A stretch of DNA of 64,000 nucleotides, from positions 83,728 to 147,727 of the forward strand of contig CAVWJN010000019.1 in NCBI GenBank assembly GCA_963755255.1, written 5' to 3'. The position numbers were made by a program, and so were the translations under genes. Below, piece by piece: positions 60,463-64,000 of the stretch; positions within the stretch are counted from its first letter, which is position 1, and each line of letters starts with the position of its first letter. Below the pieces are notes generated by a model. That model was not told the origin of the DNA and made no database searches. It worked only from the letters and a program-made list of their open reading frames with translations. The stretch comes from an uncultured Actinomycetes bacterium. Lineage in GTDB: Bacteria > Actinomycetota > Thermoleophilia > Gaiellales > Gaiellaceae.

Positions 60463-61864
60463 ATGCGCCTTCGCCGCCTCGTTGTCGTCTGTTCGCTGCT
60501 CGCCCTGATCGCCCCGATCGCCGCCTCTGCGGACGACCGCATGTGGGTCGGCTTCCAGGACGATCCCAGCTTCCGCTGGCGCGAGGACCGGGCTGCGATG
60601 CTCGACGAGGCCGTCGCCGCGAACGCCGGCATCGCCCGCACGACGGTCTACTGGTCGAAGATCGCGCCGCGGCGTCCGTCCAATCCGTCGAACCCGTTCG
60701 ACGCCGCATATCAGTGGGACGACCTGGACGAGCTCGTGCGAGGCACGCAGTTCCGCGGGCTGGAGTCGCTGCTGACCATCTGGGGCACTCCCGACTGGGC
60801 CAACGGCGGCAAGGGCGCGAACTACGCTCCCACCCGCCTGTCCGACATCACCGCGTTCGGGCGCGCTCTCGCGTCGCGCTACAGCGGCCGCTACGCCGGG
60901 CTACCCCTTCGTCCGCTTCTTCACCGTCTGGAACGAGCCCAATCTGGAGCAGTTCCTCGCGCCGACCTTCGACAAGAAGGGCAAGCCCGTGTCACCGCTC
61001 AACTACGCGAAGCTCTACCGCGCCGCCTACGCCGGGCTCAAGAGCGGGAGCCCCGGAGCGCAGGTCGGCATCGGCGAGACGTCCCCGCGCGGCCGCGACA
61101 AGCCGTCCCCGGGCCCGATTCAGGACTCGATCGCGCCGGCGACCTTCGCGAAGCTGCTGTCCACGTCGAAGCCCAGGGTGAAGTTCGACGGCTACGCGCA
61201 CCACCCCTACTCCGTGCTCGGCGCAGGTCCGCTGCAGAAAGCGCGTTACCCCAACGTCCACCTGACGCAGCTGAAGCAGTTCTCGAAGGATCTCCACAAG
61301 TGGTTCGGGAAGGTGCCGAACCTCTGGATCACGGAGTACGGGTTCGAGACGAAGCCCGGCGAGCCGCGAGGCGTGTCGTCGTCGCAGCAGGCGCTCTACG
61401 TGAACCAGTCGCTCAACATCCTGCGCAACATCCCGACCGTGAAGATGCTCGTCTGGTTCATCCTCCGCGACGACCCCACGAGCACCTGGCAGAGCGGCTT
61501 GATCAACCGCAACGGCACGCGGAAGCCGGCCTTCTCGACGTTCGCGTCCAAGGCAAAGCTTCTGGACGCTCGCAACCCCCTCGTCCGGGCAAAGCTCAAC
61601 CAGGCTCCCGTCGTTCGCCTGTCCGTGCTCGAGCTGGCGGCCCGCAACGGATCGGGCACCACGATCGGCGCCAACATCAAGGTGTTCGGCCCGAACAGCC
61701 AGTTCTTCGGGAACATCCAGATGCAGTCGACGATCGCGAAAGACGGCTGGGCCTCGTTCACGTTCGCCCCGAACGGGACGAAGCGGGTCTACTACCTCTA
61801 CTTCGAGATCCAGGACAAGAACGGGAACTCGATCGAGCGTCAGGCCACGCTCGTCATCGCGTAG
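60463..61864 (+). CDS. Secreted clan GH-A (TIM-barrel) glycoside hydrolase with C-terminal beta-sandwich-like domain (frameshifted as given, near 60900)
   Basis: ATG 60463 after an AAGGGAG SD, with a signal peptide. The acid/base motif is FTVWNEPN and the nucleophile motif is WITEYGF. The two halves are in ORFs 60427..61908 and 60989..61864. Confidence 0.75.
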
Positions 61865-61894
61865 GCGAGCCGAACCCGGCTACTGGCAGGCCGC

Positions 61895-63085
61895 CTAAGT
61901 GCTCTTGAGGGCGCGCTCGCGGCGCTGGAACTCGACCTGCGTGCTCGCGACGTAGGTATCGAGGTTCGATTCCCGCTGGGCGACGCGCAGCTCGCGCTTC
62001 TCGAGGTCGCGCAGCCGCCGGTCGAGCTTGTCGCCGGCGATCTCCTGGTCGGCCTCGGCCGCGGCCTCCCGCAGCTCGAGGGCATCCTCCCGCTCGTCGA
62101 GCTCCTTGAGGCGCTCGGCAAGCGTCGCCTCGCCTTTCACGACACGCCTCTCGCGGCGCTCGAGGCGTAGCGTCTCGGACTCGACCAGGCTCTCGGCGCT
62201 CACGAACTCTGCCTCTCGCTTCGTGAGCTCGCGTGCTCCGTGCTCGTCGAGCTTGGCTGCCAGCTCGTCGAGGTCGCGGCCGCGTGTGGCGTCGCGGGCC
62301 ATGCGCTCGATCTCCTCCTGCTTGCGGCCCAGCTCGACCTCCAGGGTTGAGAGGTCGCGGCCGCGGGTTGCCTCGTGGGCGAGCTTCTCGAGCTGCGCGT
62401 TGCGCTGGTTGAGCTCGGCCTCGCGCTCGTCGAGCTCCTTCACGAAGCTCTCGAGCTCGGCGCGCTCGTTGGCCGTGCTCTCGCGGCTCTCGCTCAGCTG
62501 CTGCTCCTCCGCGCGAAGGCGTTCTGTCTCCTTCTGGATCTCCTCGCGCTCGGCCAGGAGCTCCGCGGAGCGCCGGCCGACGTTCGTCTCGACCTCACGA
62601 CGGTGCGCCGTGAGCTCGTGCTCGAGCTTTGCGATCGACTGCTCGCGCTCGGCGAGTCCGTCCTCGCGCTCCTGTAGCTCGAGGAGCAGCTGGGCCTCGC
62701 GTGCCTCGAGCTCGTCTTGCGCCCTCGCGAGCTCGGCCTCGATCTGCGCGACGCTTGTCTCCCGCGCATCCAGGCTTCCCTTGGTCTCGGCCAGCTCTTT
62801 CGCCCGGACGTCGAGAGCCTTGCGCTCCTCCATGAGCTCCTGCGAACGCGGAGGCTGGTCGGGCACGATCCGCACGGGAGCAGGCTCGGCGCGCTCCTCC
62901 GCGACGGGCTCCGTCTCCGGTGGCTCGAGCTTGGCCGGCTGCTCGAGCTTCTTGGGCACCTTCTTCGTCGCGGCGGCCTTCTGCTCGGCCGCTGCCTCGA
63001 CCTGGCCGCGACGCTTGTCGAGTTGCGCGCGGAGTCCGCTGCCGAAGCCTTTCTCGAACTCCTGGGAGGGATCTTTGGCGGCCAT
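61895..63085 (-). CDS. Long coiled-coil protein (Glu/Arg/Leu/Ala-rich), function unknown
   Basis: Intact 396-aa ORF with heptad-like charge periodicity throughout. GAGG lies 6 nt upstream of the ATG. It lies directly downstream of the TadC-like gene on the same strand. Confidence 0.65.
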   Translation of the reverse strand: MAAKDPSQEFEKGFGSGLRAQLDKRRGQVEAAAEQKAAATKKVPKKLEQPAKLEPPETEPVAEERAEPAPVRIVPDQPPRSQELMEERKALDVRAKELAETKGSLDARETSVAQIEAELARAQDELEAREAQLLLELQEREDGLAEREQSIAKLEHELTAHRREVETNVGRRSAELLAEREEIQKETERLRAEEQQLSESRESTANERAELESFVKELDEREAELNQRNAQLEKLAHEATRGRDLSTLEVELGRKQEEIERMARDATRGRDLDELAAKLDEHGARELTKREAEFVSAESLVESETLRLERRERRVVKGEATLAERLKELDEREDALELREAAAEADQEIAGDKLDRRLRDLEKRELRVAQRESNLDTYVASTQVEFQRRERALKST

Positions 63086-63162
63086 GCGTACCTCACAGGA
63101 GGGATCGGCGTTCGCCGCTACCTACCCATCCCCCAACCGGGTGCGGCAGGGGACCGCGCGGC

Positions 63163-63987
63163 TTAGAAAACGAGGATCTTCGTGAGGTTCAGGAAGGCGG
63201 GCCCGAGGATGACGATGAACATCGACGGGAAGATGAAGATGACCGTCGGGAAGAGCATCTTGACCGGCGCCTTCATCGCCTTCTCCTCGGCCGCGATCTG
63301 CCGACGGTGACGCGTGTCGACCGCCTGCACGCGGAGGATACGGCCCAGCGAGATTCCGAACTGGTCGGCCTGGATGATCGCGCGCGCGAAGGCGCCGATC
63401 TCGGGGATCCCCGTGCGCTCGGAGAGCTTCTTCAGAGCGTCCTGGCGGCTCTCGCCGATCCGCATCTCGTTGAGCGTGAGCGCGAACTCCTCGCCCAGCG
63501 GCCCTTCCACCTGCTCGGTGATCTTCACCACGGCGGCGTCGAAGCCGAGGCCGGCCTCCACGCTGACGGCGAGCAGGTCGAGCGCGTCGGGCAGATCCTG
63601 GCTGAGCCGCTCCTGCCGGGCGCGGATCTTCTTGTTGAGGACGAAGTCCGGGCCGATGAAGCCGACCGCCGCGAGCCCCATTCCCAGCGCGAACCCCATC
63701 ACCGGGCCCTTCGACGGGCTGAAGAACAGGATGCCGAGCACGAGGCCGACGATGGCCGCGAAGAGCTTCGTGGCGAGGAACGCGACGGGAGAGACCCGTC
63801 GGCCGACACCGGCGGAGTGCAGGCGCGTGCTCACGAGCTCGACCGACATCTTCGGGTTGATGCGCAGGACCGCGCGCGCCGCGCGCTCCATGGCCGGTAC
63901 GAGCGCGCGATCGCGCAGCGAGCCCTGCAGCGCCGCCTTCTTCTGCGATCGCCTTCCGTACGCGTTCGCACGGCGGAACGAGAGCAT
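63163..63987 (-). CDS. Type II secretion system F family protein (TadB/TadC-like, Flp pilus assembly)
   Basis: It has the T2SSF domain pattern (DLPDALDLLAVSVEAGLGFDAAV.., IIQADQFGISLG, a C-terminal TM pair). The start at 63987 is plausible, but the window ends 13 nt later. Confidence 0.78.
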   Translation of the reverse strand: MLSFRRANAYGRRSQKKAALQGSLRDRALVPAMERAARAVLRINPKMSVELVSTRLHSAGVGRRVSPVAFLATKLFAAIVGLVLGILFFSPSKGPVMGFALGMGLAAVGFIGPDFVLNKKIRARQERLSQDLPDALDLLAVSVEAGLGFDAAVVKITEQVEGPLGEEFALTLNEMRIGESRQDALKKLSERTGIPEIGAFARAIIQADQFGISLGRILRVQAVDTRHRRQIAAEEKAMKAPVKMLFPTVIFIFPSMFIVILGPAFLNLTKILVF

Positions 63988-64000
63988 TCGCTCCCGCGCC

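Noticed and set aside
62300-62480. An apparent DNA-level tandem repeat inside the coiled-coil gene (GCGCTCG/GAGCTCG periodicity; duplicated TRGRDL-coding segment).
   Set aside because: The periodicity follows the heptad codon usage (Glu/Leu/Arg/Ala) of a coiled coil. The two TRGRDL segments are diverged in-frame protein repeats, not a CRISPR, VNTR or mobile repeat.

Overview
About 70% GC, gene-dense window that reads as ordinary chromosomal backbone of a high-GC Gram-positive. My guess is Actinomycetota, possibly a Thermoleophilia- or Rubrobacteria-like lineage, but that is inference from gene content only. Supported content by position: tig-clpP-clpX (0.5-3.8 kb); a translationally coupled egtB-egtD-flavoprotein disulfide reductase operon (9.3-12.7 kb); six single tRNA genes, all on the minus strand (Leu, Arg, His, Arg, Trp, Pro; 6-25 kb); ileS and trxA (25.7-29.2 kb); an ECF sigma/anti-sigma operon (34.4-39 kb); a large partner-switching cluster with one SigB/F-type sigma factor, four STAS proteins, three HATPase-type anti-sigma domains and a GAF-PP2C sensor (39.7-46 kb); fabI; two tandem paralogous secreted proteins followed by a roughly 1140-aa S8 peptidase (47.4-52.6 kb); a housekeeping block of HAD-acpS-nnr-alr-cca-methyltransferase-M29 aminopeptidase (53.5-59.9 kb); arfB; a clan GH-A glycosidase; a 396-aa coiled-coil protein; and a TadC-like gene at the right edge. 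I found no rRNA, CRISPR array, prophage, integron or recognisable defence island. The only mobile-element-like gene is a lone IS200/RayT-type Y1 transposase homologue. Main hunt results: (1) a Bcp/PrxQ-type peroxiredoxin whose peroxidatic Cys codon is an in-frame TGA followed by a SECIS-like hairpin, so a candidate selenoprotein that the ORF track splits; (2) a disulfide reductase start/stop-coupled to the two-gene ergothioneine pathway; (3) a recurring GTTT-N13-15-GGGWAW SigB/F-like promoter motif around the partner-switching cluster, one copy of it in front of a CxxC-less thioredoxin-fold gene plus a 21-aa hydrophobic micro-ORF; (4) the secreted paralogue pair next to the S8 peptidase. Major caveat: the sequence as given carries very many single-base frame disruptions, by my manual tracing on the order of 60-80, and they affect essential genes (ileS, tig, clpX, alr, cca). 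I read these as assembly or base-calling indels rather than biology. Many CDS spans below are therefore reconstructed across two or more ORF-track frames, and their exact ends are approximate.
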